Positions 27,932 to 37,972 are shown, counted from the first letter of the stretch. The stretch is 64,000 nucleotides of DNA from Limisphaerales bacterium (GCA_965657355.1 CBFHOE010000011.1:32001-96000), one strand, 5' to 3'. The notes: generated from the sequence alone by a model not told the origin. Translations and numbers: made by a program.

Positions 27932-29872
27932 TTATTGGTTATTGTTATCAGATGAAAGGTTATTTTCATCGATAGTTTTTGAAGCCTCCTCCTTTTCGGG
28001 TTCGTCAGAATCATGATGGGTGGGTGTGTCAGAGGCAGCTTCAGAAGCAGTGCTTGATTCTTGCCCTTCAGTTGGACTTTCCGACTTTGAGGATTGAGTG
28101 ACTTGCTCCTGCGAGGAAGTGGATTCGGATCCTCTTTGGTCAGTGTCTTGGCTGGATTTATCAGCATCTAAAGCCTTCCCACCTTGAGGCGCTGAATCAG
28201 GAGCTTTCTTCTCCCCTCCATTATCAGTCTCACCACCTTGAGAATCCACATTCTCAGCTGAAGAAGCCTGAGGCTGTGCCTTTTCTTTTTGCTTTTTCTC
28301 CTTCTGATCGCCTTTCTGATCTTTTGTTCGGGAAGGTTTCACTTCCGGTTTTTTAGCCACCTCAAGTATCCCTGAAGCAAATTCGATAACGTTTCCTTGG
28401 TAAAGCAACCAATGAAGATCACCAATAATTGTTTTCTGAATGGGCGTTGGCTCAGACTTGGCCTTGAGCTGATCTTGATCATTCGAAGTTTCTGCGTCAG
28501 GATTTGTAGCATCTTCTCCAGGTTCCGAAGCAGATTCTGGCTCGGCTGGCGCTACTGCATCCGAAGCAGCTTTTATGTCAGAGGTTGTCCCCTTCTCTGC
28601 ATCCACTGCGTAGGATTCAGAAAGATTGTCAATGAGCTGTTTCCGATTACATCCCTGGTGCTCGTTGATGAACTGTATTATTTTTCGAATTCCAGACTTA
28701 ACGCTTGTTTTGTCCAGATCAAGATAGTGCGGGCGGCTAACACATACATGGGTAACCGATTTATTAACTTTGAAAAATTGTAACCCCTTAGACGATAGCT
28801 GCTGGCTAAGCAAATGAACTACTTTTAATGGAAACCTTTTTTGGTCTTGAAGGCGGACTCTTATTAGTCGCCGGAGACTAGGGCATGAGCATTCCGCAGC
28901 TTCCTTTCCTTTCACCAAATGAGAAGAAGTTTCGTGAATTAGGTTATCTTTGTGATTTTCATTGAAGTGCTCCAACACTTCAGACCAACTATTAAGTTCC
29001 AAAGATTCAGGAGAATTTAATACCTTGTATGTCGTGACAAAACTTTGCTCATCTAACCACTTCTTAACGGTCTCTTCATCCCTAACTATCTTTACCCTTG
29101 ATTTAAATCGGTCAAATGACATTTTCCTGGAAAATCTGTCATTGTATAATTTCCTCAACTGATTCTGATAATCATGATAATTTGGAGGACCTAAAATCAC
29201 TCCGCTTATTCCGCATTGCCCGACGAATGTGTAGGTGCCTTTCGGCGGTTCAGCCTCAGTCTTTACTGTTTCATAAAACGTGCCTAGATGTTTTTTCAGG
29301 AGGTAATCTGAGGCATCCGACTCACTCAACCAAACCGTGCCATCCAGGGCACATGTGTAGAGTTTTTGCTCAACCTCATCGCTGCCCTTTTTCTTAACGG
29401 TAGTCAATTTCACAGAATAGCGCTCAGGTTTTTCCAGAATCATGTGGGCGATGCTGAAAAGAGGATATGCTCGAGCAGTGAGTTTAATTTGCTCTGTCAG
29501 TGATTTGGATATCGCCTCATCAGCGAAAAAAGCGACATCGATATCAATAAGAGGTTCGGCTTCTCTTCGTGGACCTCTTTGGCCCCCGCCTGGTCTACGA
29601 TCAGGTCTTCGACCTCCTCTGTTGCCTCTATCTTGCCTTTGACCTTGACCTCTTTCACCCGTATCAGATGATTTTCTTACTTTTTGACTACTTGATCTCT
29701 TTGGACGCCTGTCGGATCCGCCTTTTCGAGGCACTCGCTGGCGTCCCCCATCGGATTCATCTCTGCCAGAAAAATTTTCATAAATGTTCTTGTTTGATCC
29801 CTGCTTTGCCCAATCTGGGAGAAAATGAAGGCTTAGATCTAAGTCTGAGTTTTGATTCTGATTATCGCTCAT
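27932..29872 (-). CDS. Hypothetical protein: R/G-rich N-terminal region, globular core, acidic disordered tail
   Basis: 646 aa ORF; no family assigned with confidence. Confidence 0.8.
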   Translation of the reverse strand: MSDNQNQNSDLDLSLHFLPDWAKQGSNKNIYENFSGRDESDGGRQRVPRKGGSDRRPKRSSSQKVRKSSDTGERGQGQRQDRGNRGGRRPDRRPGGGQRGPRREAEPLIDIDVAFFADEAISKSLTEQIKLTARAYPLFSIAHMILEKPERYSVKLTTVKKKGSDEVEQKLYTCALDGTVWLSESDASDYLLKKHLGTFYETVKTEAEPPKGTYTFVGQCGISGVILGPPNYHDYQNQLRKLYNDRFSRKMSFDRFKSRVKIVRDEETVKKWLDEQSFVTTYKVLNSPESLELNSWSEVLEHFNENHKDNLIHETSSHLVKGKEAAECSCPSLRRLIRVRLQDQKRFPLKVVHLLSQQLSSKGLQFFKVNKSVTHVCVSRPHYLDLDKTSVKSGIRKIIQFINEHQGCNRKQLIDNLSESYAVDAEKGTTSDIKAASDAVAPAEPESASEPGEDATNPDAETSNDQDQLKAKSEPTPIQKTIIGDLHWLLYQGNVIEFASGILEVAKKPEVKPSRTKDQKGDQKEKKQKEKAQPQASSAENVDSQGGETDNGGEKKAPDSAPQGGKALDADKSSQDTDQRGSESTSSQEQVTQSSKSESPTEGQESSTASEAASDTPTHHDSDEPEKEEASKTIDENNLSSDNNNQ

Positions 29873-30111
29873 GGCGTGTAATAAATAAGAGCTTCCTTGT
29901 ACGGAAGTGTTTGGCTTTTAGGGCAACAAATTTCAGAAATGCCCTACTACCAAATCAAATAATAAATTTAATCGACTGACAATCGCTTTCTGCGTCGATG
30001 AGAACAATTTCAATACCAAAGTGCGAAAGTATTACTTTGTCTACTGCTCTAAAAAACGAGACAAAATTTTACAAAATGCGGTTGGCTATTACGAAAAATA
30101 TTTCGATGTTG

Positions 30112-30150
30112 GAAAAGAAAAACCTCCCCAATTTTTGGAGAGGCTTTTTG
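30112..30150 (-). terminator. Intrinsic terminator
   Basis: Minus strand AAAAAGCCTCTCCA-AAAA-TTGGGGAGGTTTTTCTTTT about 20 bp after the stop at 30171. Confidence 0.7.
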
Positions 30151-30170
30151 GGAGGTTTAGAAATTTGAAT

Positions 30171-31004
30171 TTATGATCCTGCCCCGTAGCGGTTAGAATC
30201 AGTTCCTACTTCGGTGTCACCAGAACCTTTTTCTGTGAGCGGTTGGCTAGCTTTTTCGTTTGCCGCATCAAGCTCTTTTTGCGCATCGGAGATAGCTTGA
30301 TTTAAGGCTGTTAAAGCTTCTGCTATAGTTGAATAGCCATTTAATTCTTTATACTCGTTGAGAGTATTACCGTTCTCGTTGTATTGTTGAAGATCAGCGA
30401 GTTTTAGTTCGGCAGTGGACTGCTCGATTGTTCCACCGGTAGTTGAGATGGCTCCACCAGCAATGATGGTTACGGCGTTTGGAAAGCGTGAGAACAAAAC
30501 TTTTCCAGCAGCAGGAATTCTATTGGCAATTGCACCAGCGATGTAGTTTTTGGAAGCAGGAGCAACTTTGACGAGAAGTTCGGTCATTTCAACAGCCTTA
30601 GGAGCCGTAAGTTTTGCTGAACCGGAGACATGGTAAGCAACATCGGTCGCAAGCCCTGGAATGATTTGAGCGACCCTAACAGCAATTAATTTTGCCTGGT
30701 TAGGTGATAGCTTTGCAGCTACTGCAGCTATTTTAGGGCCTATTTGCGGGACAGCCCGTGTAATAGATATTACAGCGGGGACGAGTGCACTTTCGTTTTG
30801 CACAGCAATAGTGCGTATGACTTTAACTGCTGCATCAAGGCGAACACCTTCTTCAGCGGTAAGGACCGACTTAACAGCAAATGCCGGGATTTCAACGGCT
30901 GGTATGCTGTCAAGTTGCTGAGATAATGTTGGAGCAGCTTGTAATTGTGACACGGCGACAACGATGGTGGCCGCTATCAATGATACTTTGGACTTAATTT
31001 TCAT
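30171..31004 (-). CDS. Secreted hypothetical protein with Ala-rich helical repeats
   Basis: Signal peptide 'MKIKSKVSLIAATIVVAVSQLQA'; recurring Ala/Pro helical units; own terminator. Start moved to ATG 31004. Confidence 0.78.
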   Translation of the reverse strand: MKIKSKVSLIAATIVVAVSQLQAAPTLSQQLDSIPAVEIPAFAVKSVLTAEEGVRLDAAVKVIRTIAVQNESALVPAVISITRAVPQIGPKIAAVAAKLSPNQAKLIAVRVAQIIPGLATDVAYHVSGSAKLTAPKAVEMTELLVKVAPASKNYIAGAIANRIPAAGKVLFSRFPNAVTIIAGGAISTTGGTIEQSTAELKLADLQQYNENGNTLNEYKELNGYSTIAEALTALNQAISDAQKELDAANEKASQPLTEKGSGDTEVGTDSNRYGAGS

Positions 31005-31082
31005 ATTTTTTATTTTCAAATTGAACCTAAACCTCCAGCTGCGACTGCGGAAGAGACTGATCAACAACCTTCACGATAGCCG

Positions 31083-31110
31083 ACTATAGAGTCAGTCAGG
31101 GAATTTGCAA
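31083..31110 (-). promoter_or_regulatory. Possible sigma70 promoter of the 31004 gene
   Basis: Minus strand TTGCAA-N16-TATAGT. Confidence 0.4.
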
Positions 31111-31185
31111 TCCTAATATTTTATTTTTTTTAGGGTCGAAAAATCTCCGACTCGTGTAATATGTGCAATAAGCAACATCTTGTCT

Positions 31186-31749
31186 ATGGTAAAATCGGAA
31201 GTTTTAAAAATTTTTAAAGAGACAAAAGCCTTGATGGAAGGTCATTTTGTTCTGCGCAGCGGACTTCGCAGCCGCCAATATTTTCAGTGTGCGCTAGCAT
31301 TGCAGGAAATGCCAATAGTTGAAAAATTAGTTTCAGCCTTGATAGAGAAGTGGAATCCCGTGAATGTTGATACGATTGTTGCACCCGCAATGGGTGGCTT
31401 GGTCTTAGGCCAGGAAGTCGCTCGGCAACTGAAAAAAAGATTCATTTTTGTTGAAAAAATGGATGACAAGCTGGCAATGAGACGCGGATTTAAGCTATCT
31501 GAAAGGGAAAAGGTGTTGGTTGTTGAGGATGTTGTCACTCGCGGAGGAAGGGTTCGTGAGACGCTGGATATTGTCAAAACCCACGGCGGAAATACGGTCG
31601 GCGTTCTCGTCTTGGTCGACCGAAGTGATGGCAAAGTCGATCTAAGCTACCCCATGACGAGCCTGCTCGAAATGTCAGTGGAAACTTTTGAGCCCGACAA
31701 TCTGCCCGAGGATCTGAGGCATATTTCTCCCTCTAAGCCAGGGAGTTAA
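31186..31749 (+). CDS. pyrE: Orotate phosphoribosyltransferase
   Basis: 'GHFVLRSGLRS', 'APAMGG', PRPP-binding 'VLVVEDVVTRGG', C-terminal 'KPGS'. Confidence 0.93.
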   Translation: MVKSEVLKIFKETKALMEGHFVLRSGLRSRQYFQCALALQEMPIVEKLVSALIEKWNPVNVDTIVAPAMGGLVLGQEVARQLKKRFIFVEKMDDKLAMRRGFKLSEREKVLVVEDVVTRGGRVRETLDIVKTHGGNTVGVLVLVDRSDGKVDLSYPMTSLLEMSVETFEPDNLPEDLRHISPSKPGS

Positions 31750-31823
31750 TTATTTTGGATGGAATAGCAAATTGACCCACTCGACATGAGCGAGAGGAAA
31801 AATAAAAGAATAGTTTCATTATC

Positions 31824-33323
31824 ATGGGATTTGATTCATTTGAAGATTTTGTAGGCGAACTAGATCGACGGGGCGAGTTGATCAGGATCTCAGAGCAAGT
31901 CGCCACAGAATTAGAAATTACAGAGCTCAGCGAGCGAGAGATGCTCGAAACGGGCGGAGGTAAAGCCCTGCTTTTTGAAAAGCCGACAATCAACGGTAAA
32001 GTCAGCCCATTTCCGGTAGCCATGAATACGATGGGCTCAGAAGAGAGGATGGCGATGATTCTCGGCAAGAACTCAGTGGATGAGGCCTCTGAAGAACTCG
32101 GCTCTTTGATGAAAGCAAAACCTCCTATGAATGCGAAAGAGGCCATAAAACTAGCCTCTACGGCGATCAATCTGCGCCACACTAAGCCCAAATCAGTAAA
32201 AACAGGCCCATGCAAAGAAGTGATTATCAAAGGCGAAAGATTGAAGGAACTGGGCGACGACTCAAGCCAAGATCCCACATTATTGGACATTCCCATATTG
32301 AAATGTTGGCCTGAGGATGGGGGACGCTTCATGACCCTTCCCTGCGTTGTCACCAAGGATCCTGATACAGGGGATACAAATCTTGGGATGTATAGAATAC
32401 AAGTTTTGGATAAGCAGAAAACTGGAATGCATTGGCAACTTCAAAAAGTCGCTGCCCGGCACGGGAAGCGGTATTATGAAACGGGCACAAAAATGCCAGT
32501 CGCTATTTTTCTTGGTGGGGATCCGGCATATGCCTTCAGTGCAACAGCTCCATTACCTGATGGTCTCAATGAATTTTTGATGGCGGGATTTTTACGAAAA
32601 AAGGCAGTGCCGATGGTGAAATGCGAGACCATTGATTTGGAGGTCCCGGCAAATGCTGATTTTGTATTTGAGGGTTATGTTGATCCCTCTGAGGAGTTAA
32701 TTGACGAAGGCCCCTTCGGCGATCACACGGGTTTCTACACCCCGATCGACAAATATCCAGCTTTTCACATAACAGCCATCACGCATCGAAAAAATGCAAT
32801 TTATCCGGCCACAATCGTTGGCCGCCCTCCCAAAGAAGATTTTTACATGGGTTCGGCAAGCGTCAAACTATTCATGCCAATCTTTCAGATGAATTTTCCA
32901 GAGATAGTCGACATCGCACTACCAGCCGAAGGAGTTTTCCATAATTTGGTATTTGTGAGCATTCGGAAAACTTACCCATATCAGGCCTACAAGATAATGT
33001 ATGGGCTTTGGGGGATGGGACAAATGATGTTCACCAAATACATAGTCGTCGTCGATGCAGAAGTGGATGTTCATAACACCTCTGAGGTTTTATTTCATTG
33101 GATGGCTAACACCGACCCTTCTAGAGATCGCATCGAAACAAAGGGACCTACGGATGTCCTTGACCACGCTTCACCCTCTGTGGGTATTGGCTCCAAAATG
33201 GGGTTCGATGCAACATCAAAACTCCCGAGTGAAGGACACCCCAGGGATTGGCCCTCAATTTTGAGTATGCCAGATCATGTCCGTAAAAAAGTAGATCCTA
33301 TATGGCAAAGGATGAAGGCGTAA
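31824..33323 (+). CDS. ubiD: UbiD family prFMN-dependent decarboxylase, likely menaquinone (futalosine) pathway type
   Basis: 'WPEDGGRFMTLP', 'NLGMYRIQ', 'EGPFGDHTGFY', 'GRPPKED', 'LDHAS', 'KMGFDAT'. Confidence 0.92.
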   Translation: MGFDSFEDFVGELDRRGELIRISEQVATELEITELSEREMLETGGGKALLFEKPTINGKVSPFPVAMNTMGSEERMAMILGKNSVDEASEELGSLMKAKPPMNAKEAIKLASTAINLRHTKPKSVKTGPCKEVIIKGERLKELGDDSSQDPTLLDIPILKCWPEDGGRFMTLPCVVTKDPDTGDTNLGMYRIQVLDKQKTGMHWQLQKVAARHGKRYYETGTKMPVAIFLGGDPAYAFSATAPLPDGLNEFLMAGFLRKKAVPMVKCETIDLEVPANADFVFEGYVDPSEELIDEGPFGDHTGFYTPIDKYPAFHITAITHRKNAIYPATIVGRPPKEDFYMGSASVKLFMPIFQMNFPEIVDIALPAEGVFHNLVFVSIRKTYPYQAYKIMYGLWGMGQMMFTKYIVVVDAEVDVHNTSEVLFHWMANTDPSRDRIETKGPTDVLDHASPSVGIGSKMGFDATSKLPSEGHPRDWPSILSMPDHVRKKVDPIWQRMKA

Positions 33324-33371
33324 TCAAAAACCAGACTCGTAATTGCCCTTGAAATACAAAAACATTCTATT

Positions 33372-33626
33372 TTGAACGGTTTCTCTCAAAGTATAGTGAC
33401 AGAGGCAACCATCATCGATCATTTTGGTGATGATAAGTATTTGGTTGAATTGCCGGAAAATGGCCACCAGCTCATAGGCCACCTGCCTTTAAAGCTGAGT
33501 AAAATGGCCCCGGACATAAATAAAGGTGATTTCGTTAGGCTGGATATGACTCCATACGACCTTAACAAAGGAAAAATCATTAAAAAATTGCCTGGTTTTG
33601 ATAGAAATAACAAATTCAGTGATTGA
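33372..33626 (+). CDS. Divergent IF-1-like S1/OB-fold protein
   Basis: Aligns by eye to the adjacent IF-1 ('YLVELPENGHQLIGHL...GDFVRLDMTPYDLNKGKI'). TTG start. Confidence 0.75.
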   Translation: MNGFSQSIVTEATIIDHFGDDKYLVELPENGHQLIGHLPLKLSKMAPDINKGDFVRLDMTPYDLNKGKIIKKLPGFDRNNKFSD

Positions 33627-33667
33627 TATGGACGGTAGTTGCAACCATAATTAGGCAAGTTTATCGA

Positions 33668-33886
33668 ATGAGTGAGGATGTAATAAAAGTAGAGGGTAAG
33701 ATTGTTGCTGTTTTAGCAGGGACGATGTTCCGCGTAGAAATAGAAAATACGGGCCATCAAGTTTTAGCACATATTTCAGGAAAGATGCGCAAAAGATTTA
33801 TCCGACTCATACCAGGTGATCGTGTCCGAATGGAAATGTCGCCCTATGACACTGACAAAGCCAGAATAGTCTGGCGTTTGAGATAG
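33668..33886 (+). CDS. infA: Translation initiation factor IF-1
   Basis: 72 aa from ATG 33668: 'MFRVEIENTGHQVLAHISGKMRKRFIRLIPGDRVRMEMSPYD..KARI..R'. Confidence 0.95.
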   Translation: MSEDVIKVEGKIVAVLAGTMFRVEIENTGHQVLAHISGKMRKRFIRLIPGDRVRMEMSPYDTDKARIVWRLR

Positions 33887-33942
33887 GCAACGCTCATCCA
33901 AGTCGTATCAACTGACCAGCTTCATGAAGTGATTTAAGATAC

Positions 33943-34449
33943 TTAGGCCAGACGGGCAATCTGAGGGTGAATACGTTCCAAATCTTTGTCTTTCAAGGCC
34001 ATTGCTATGATGGTCGATTTTTCCTTCATCGAGATAGCCTCTTTAATCCACTGTAACGCCTCATCATCTTTTTCCAGTTTACAAGTGTAGCATGCAATAT
34101 TGTAGGCGATATGTGAATTTAACGGGAATAGCTCGCTGGCATTGAGTAGATAATCCCTTGCCTCGACGGTCCTTTTCAATTCGTGAAGAGAATAGGACTG
34201 GTGAATCCATCCAGTCGGTAGCCCAGGGTGAAATTTCACAAAGTCCTTAGCTATCTGAAGAGCACCAGCCCAATCTTCCCTTTTCGCGAGGATTTGCCAT
34301 TTCAAATTCAAAATTTCAGAGGTTTGCTTCGATTCATTGGAGATGTTGTCCAATTCACTAAGAGCCTCATCATACTTTGATAGCTCCATCCAACCTGTAG
34401 CTGCCCTGACGGCATGTTTATCGAGATTACTGAAATTAGGAAGGTTCAC
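33943..34449 (-). CDS. TPR-repeat protein
   Basis: Helical repeats, 'GWIHQSYSLHEL', 'YNIACY'. GTG start. Confidence 0.8.
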   Translation of the reverse strand: MNLPNFSNLDKHAVRAATGWMELSKYDEALSELDNISNESKQTSEILNLKWQILAKREDWAGALQIAKDFVKFHPGLPTGWIHQSYSLHELKRTVEARDYLLNASELFPLNSHIAYNIACYTCKLEKDDEALQWIKEAISMKEKSTIIAMALKDKDLERIHPQIARLA

Positions 34450-34556
34450 CTTGGGACAATTTCTTGAATTGTGTATATCCTATTTTAAGAAATGTTACAA
34501 TTAAATCGGTTCAGATATAATATTGCCGCTAAATAGGTCCGTTTTTATAAAAACTA

Positions 34557-36110
34557 ATGCCCGAATTGGAACCTCTCTCAATAAACCGCATGCCATCACT
34601 GAAATCCGGAGATCTAAGAAATAGTTTTCCTGCCTCCCGATCGTGTATACTTATCCCTTTTTGCACGTTATTAGTGGTATTTTCAACCTCCAGAGCCAGT
34701 GATCCCAACTTCGATAAATGGTTTTATAATTATGTGAACAAGATAGGACCTGCCAGCCTTGGTATTTACGTGGTAGATGCTTCAAATGGCCAAAAACTAT
34801 TTGGTTATAACGAGGGAAAACTTCTTAAACCGGCAAGCACAGCAAAAATCGTGACTGGGGCGTTGTTCTTGGACAAGTTTGGGTCAAATCATTATATAAA
34901 AACCCCAATTTACCTATTCAATCAGTCAGAGAATAACAAGATTGCCGGAGGATTAGCCATTTTGGGAAAAGGAGACATTTCTCTTGGGGCGCGCTTTTAC
35001 CGATGGGACTATACCAAAAGTATTTCAAGATTGGTTAATGCCATCGCAGAAACGGGGGTAAGACAAATCAATGGCCCTGTTATTTTAGATGATAATTTTT
35101 TTAAGAATTCCAAATACGGTACGGGGTGGACGTGGGAGGACTTAAAGCATTATTACGGGGCACCCGTTAGCTCATTACCTAATGACGATAATGTTATTGA
35201 TATTTTCATAAGGCCTGGACGCAAGATTGGGGACCCTTGTCGAATAGAATGCAAACCAAAACCATTAGGGATAATTTTTTCAAATGAAACGATAACGGTT
35301 GCTCAAAATCAGGGAGAAAAAATAAACATTCATAGGGGTCTTGATTCGACTTTGGTTACTATCTCCGGACAACTTTCCATTAATTCCAAAACTAAAGCTG
35401 AAGCCGTTTCTGTTGCCTACCCAGCCAAGTGGTTAGGGTTAAGGTTGAAAGATGCACTGAAGAAAAAAGGGATAGTCATTACTGGTGATGTTGAAGTTTT
35501 TGATAATCCGGACAGACCATTTATTCCAAAAGGGAGATGGGAGAATGTCAATTCATTCACTTCGCACTCTTCTCGTTCCATGCTGAACAAGATGATGAAG
35601 CGCAGTCAGAATCTTTATGCGCAAAGTTTTTTACTTCAGGTTGGAAAACTTCGAAAAGATCATCATAATTTTTACTCAACCGAAGAAGCAGGGATAAAAT
35701 CTCTGAATGATTGGTGTTATTCAATAGGAATACCAAAAAAAGAGGTTGGACTTGATGAAGGAAGCGGGCTCAGCCGTTCCAGCCTAATATCGGCAAGGGC
35801 CATGACAAAAGTTCTTTTTCACATGATCTCTCACCCAGAGCGCAAAACCTTCATGGAATCACTTCCAATAGCAGGAATTGATGGGGCACTTCGATATAGA
35901 CTGCGGCATGAATCAACGAAAGGCCTTATCAAAGCCAAATCCGGATCCATAAAACATGTTAGATCTCTCGCTGGATATATTGATAGAAAAGACAAAAGAA
36001 GAATTGCCTTCTGTATTTTACTCAATGGATTCAACGAAAGCAGCCACCCGTATTCAGGAAAAAGAATCGTAGACGAAATTACATTGAATATCGCTACGAG
36101 AAGATTTTGA
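34557..36110 (+). CDS. dacB: D-alanyl-D-alanine carboxypeptidase/endopeptidase (PBP4, peptidase S13)
   Basis: SxxK 'PASTAK', 'GWTWED', SxN 'SQN', 'EGSGLSR', 'AKSGS'. Start uncertain. Confidence 0.92.
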   Translation: MPELEPLSINRMPSLKSGDLRNSFPASRSCILIPFCTLLVVFSTSRASDPNFDKWFYNYVNKIGPASLGIYVVDASNGQKLFGYNEGKLLKPASTAKIVTGALFLDKFGSNHYIKTPIYLFNQSENNKIAGGLAILGKGDISLGARFYRWDYTKSISRLVNAIAETGVRQINGPVILDDNFFKNSKYGTGWTWEDLKHYYGAPVSSLPNDDNVIDIFIRPGRKIGDPCRIECKPKPLGIIFSNETITVAQNQGEKINIHRGLDSTLVTISGQLSINSKTKAEAVSVAYPAKWLGLRLKDALKKKGIVITGDVEVFDNPDRPFIPKGRWENVNSFTSHSSRSMLNKMMKRSQNLYAQSFLLQVGKLRKDHHNFYSTEEAGIKSLNDWCYSIGIPKKEVGLDEGSGLSRSSLISARAMTKVLFHMISHPERKTFMESLPIAGIDGALRYRLRHESTKGLIKAKSGSIKHVRSLAGYIDRKDKRRIAFCILLNGFNESSHPYSGKRIVDEITLNIATRRF

Positions 36111-36161
36111 AAACAAAACTTTTAGGTTCACAACCACATAAATCAATGGCACTTTTTTGAT

Positions 36162-37133
36162 GTGGATAAAATCCTTCATGGAAGAAATGTCATCAAGACA
36201 GAAATTGAAGCTCTCACTGAGCTATGTGAATCACTTAATGGCGAGTTCATAGAGGCTGTCGACAAGCTTTTGCATTGTATTGAGTCAAATTCTAAAATCG
36301 TTCTTACTGGGATTGGAAAATCAGGAAATATAAGTCAAAAAATAGCGGCCACATTGACTTCTACCGGGTCGCCGGCGGTGGTTTTAAATCACGTCGATGC
36401 ATTACACGGTGATTTGGGGATTATACAGCCTGGGGATGTAATTCTTATTTTAAGCTTTTCAGGGGAATCTGAAGAACTTAACCAACTTTTGCCATCCATC
36501 AAAAGATTTTCCAATTATATTGTTGCAATGACGGGGAACCGAGATTCCACCATAGCAACCAGCTCTGATTTAGTTCTTGAAATCCCAGTCAAAACCGAGG
36601 CCTGCCCGTTTAATCTAGCCCCAACAGCAAGCACAACCGCGATGCTTGCTATGGGCGATGCATTAGCTATCTGCTTGCTTAAATCAAGGGGATTTACAGA
36701 GAAAGATTTTGCGATGTATCACCCATCAGGGACGATTGGCAGACGTCTCTTAATGAAGGTCAAAGATGTTTTACTGCCGGAGAGAAAACCAACGCTAGTA
36801 GATCCAGCTTTAAAGGTCAGAGAATCCCTTAAAAATATGACGAATGCGAAATCTGGCTGCGTTTGCGTTGTTGATGACCAAGGCACACTTACAGGTATAT
36901 TCACGGATGGGGATCTACGCAGGAAAATACTTCAAGACCCGGAATTATTGAATAAGGAAATTGGACAAGTCATGACGCAGAATCCCATATCCATAAACCA
37001 AGAAGCTCTAGCTGTAGAAGCCCTAAAAATCTTTGATGAAAATCAGATTGATGACCTGATCGTTGTAGATGATGGTAATAACCCTGTTGGTGTTGTCGAC
37101 AGCCAAGATCTACCAAAAATCAAATTGCTTTGA
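36162..37133 (+). CDS. kdsD: Arabinose-5-phosphate isomerase (KpsF/GutQ; SIS + CBS pair)
   Basis: 'TGIGKSG', 'ALHGDLG', 'EACPFNLAPTASTT', 'HPSG', 'GIFTDGDLRR'. Confidence 0.92.
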   Translation: MDKILHGRNVIKTEIEALTELCESLNGEFIEAVDKLLHCIESNSKIVLTGIGKSGNISQKIAATLTSTGSPAVVLNHVDALHGDLGIIQPGDVILILSFSGESEELNQLLPSIKRFSNYIVAMTGNRDSTIATSSDLVLEIPVKTEACPFNLAPTASTTAMLAMGDALAICLLKSRGFTEKDFAMYHPSGTIGRRLLMKVKDVLLPERKPTLVDPALKVRESLKNMTNAKSGCVCVVDDQGTLTGIFTDGDLRRKILQDPELLNKEIGQVMTQNPISINQEALAVEALKIFDENQIDDLIVVDDGNNPVGVVDSQDLPKIKLL

Positions 37134-37155
37134 TTTGTCGCTTGGAGCTCTTAAG

Positions 37156-37953
37156 ATGAAATATACGATGAACATAAAATTAACGCCCATTCTTGATAAG
37201 ATCACGGGTTCTGTGATTCTCGTCGGTATCATAGCTGCATGCTCGCTTTGTTGTTTTCCAGCTTTTGGCCAAGAATCCGAAGCTCCGATCGAAAAATCCT
37301 TTAAAAAAACCATCACTAAAAATTACGAGTTAGGTTACTTACTTAATTTACCGAAGGACTTTTCGGATAAGACCAAAAAACGTTGGCCTCTGATATTATT
37401 TTTGCATGGAGCTGGCGAGCGGGGCAATGATCTGCAAAAGGTTGCGGTCCATGGACCGCCTAAATTGGCTTCCCAAAAAAGTTACCTGAGTCCATTCATT
37501 GTTATCTCTCCTCAATGCCCAGAAGGTGAGAGATGGGATCCTGATATTCTGATTCATTTCGTTGATTACATTGCCGAGGAATATCCCGTAGATAAAAAGA
37601 GAATATACCTCACCGGATTAAGTATGGGTGGATATGGGACTTGGGCATTGGTCTCAAAGTACCCCCAAATATTCGCTGCTGCGGCCCCTATTTGCGGAGG
37701 CGGCAACCCAATTAATATAAAACTGAGTAAACCCGCTGCAAAAAAGGCCATAGCCCAACTCCCAGTTTGGAATTTTCACGGATTAAAGGATACAGTGGTG
37801 CCGCCTCAAAGATCTGATGTCATGGTTCAGGCTATGATGGAAATAGGAGGCAATATTCGATATACGAGATATCCTGAGGCCCACCATGATTCTTGGACTG
37901 CCACCTACTCTAATGCTGACCTTTATGAGTGGTTTTTGAGCCATTCAAAATAA
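37156..37953 (+). CDS. Secreted alpha/beta hydrolase (esterase/peptidase)
   Basis: 'LFLHGAGERG', nucleophile 'GLSMGGYG', 'FHGLKDTVV', 'HDSW'. Track start overlaps kdsD, so ATG 37156 or 37168 is preferred. Confidence 0.88.
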   Translation: MKYTMNIKLTPILDKITGSVILVGIIAACSLCCFPAFGQESEAPIEKSFKKTITKNYELGYLLNLPKDFSDKTKKRWPLILFLHGAGERGNDLQKVAVHGPPKLASQKSYLSPFIVISPQCPEGERWDPDILIHFVDYIAEEYPVDKKRIYLTGLSMGGYGTWALVSKYPQIFAAAAPICGGGNPINIKLSKPAAKKAIAQLPVWNFHGLKDTVVPPQRSDVMVQAMMEIGGNIRYTRYPEAHHDSWTATYSNADLYEWFLSHSK

Positions 37954-37972
37954 GAGATAAAATACTCATGCT

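Noticed and set aside
27904..28167. Alternate-frame 87-aa ORF suggesting a frameshift
   Set aside because: The main ORF is open through this low-complexity tail, and no slippage evidence was seen.
31733..32356. 207-aa antisense ORF
   Set aside because: Shadow of the well-supported UbiD gene; Ser-rich with no motifs.
33623..33667. TTG-start extension of IF-1
   Set aside because: ATG 33668 gives a canonical 72-aa IF-1.
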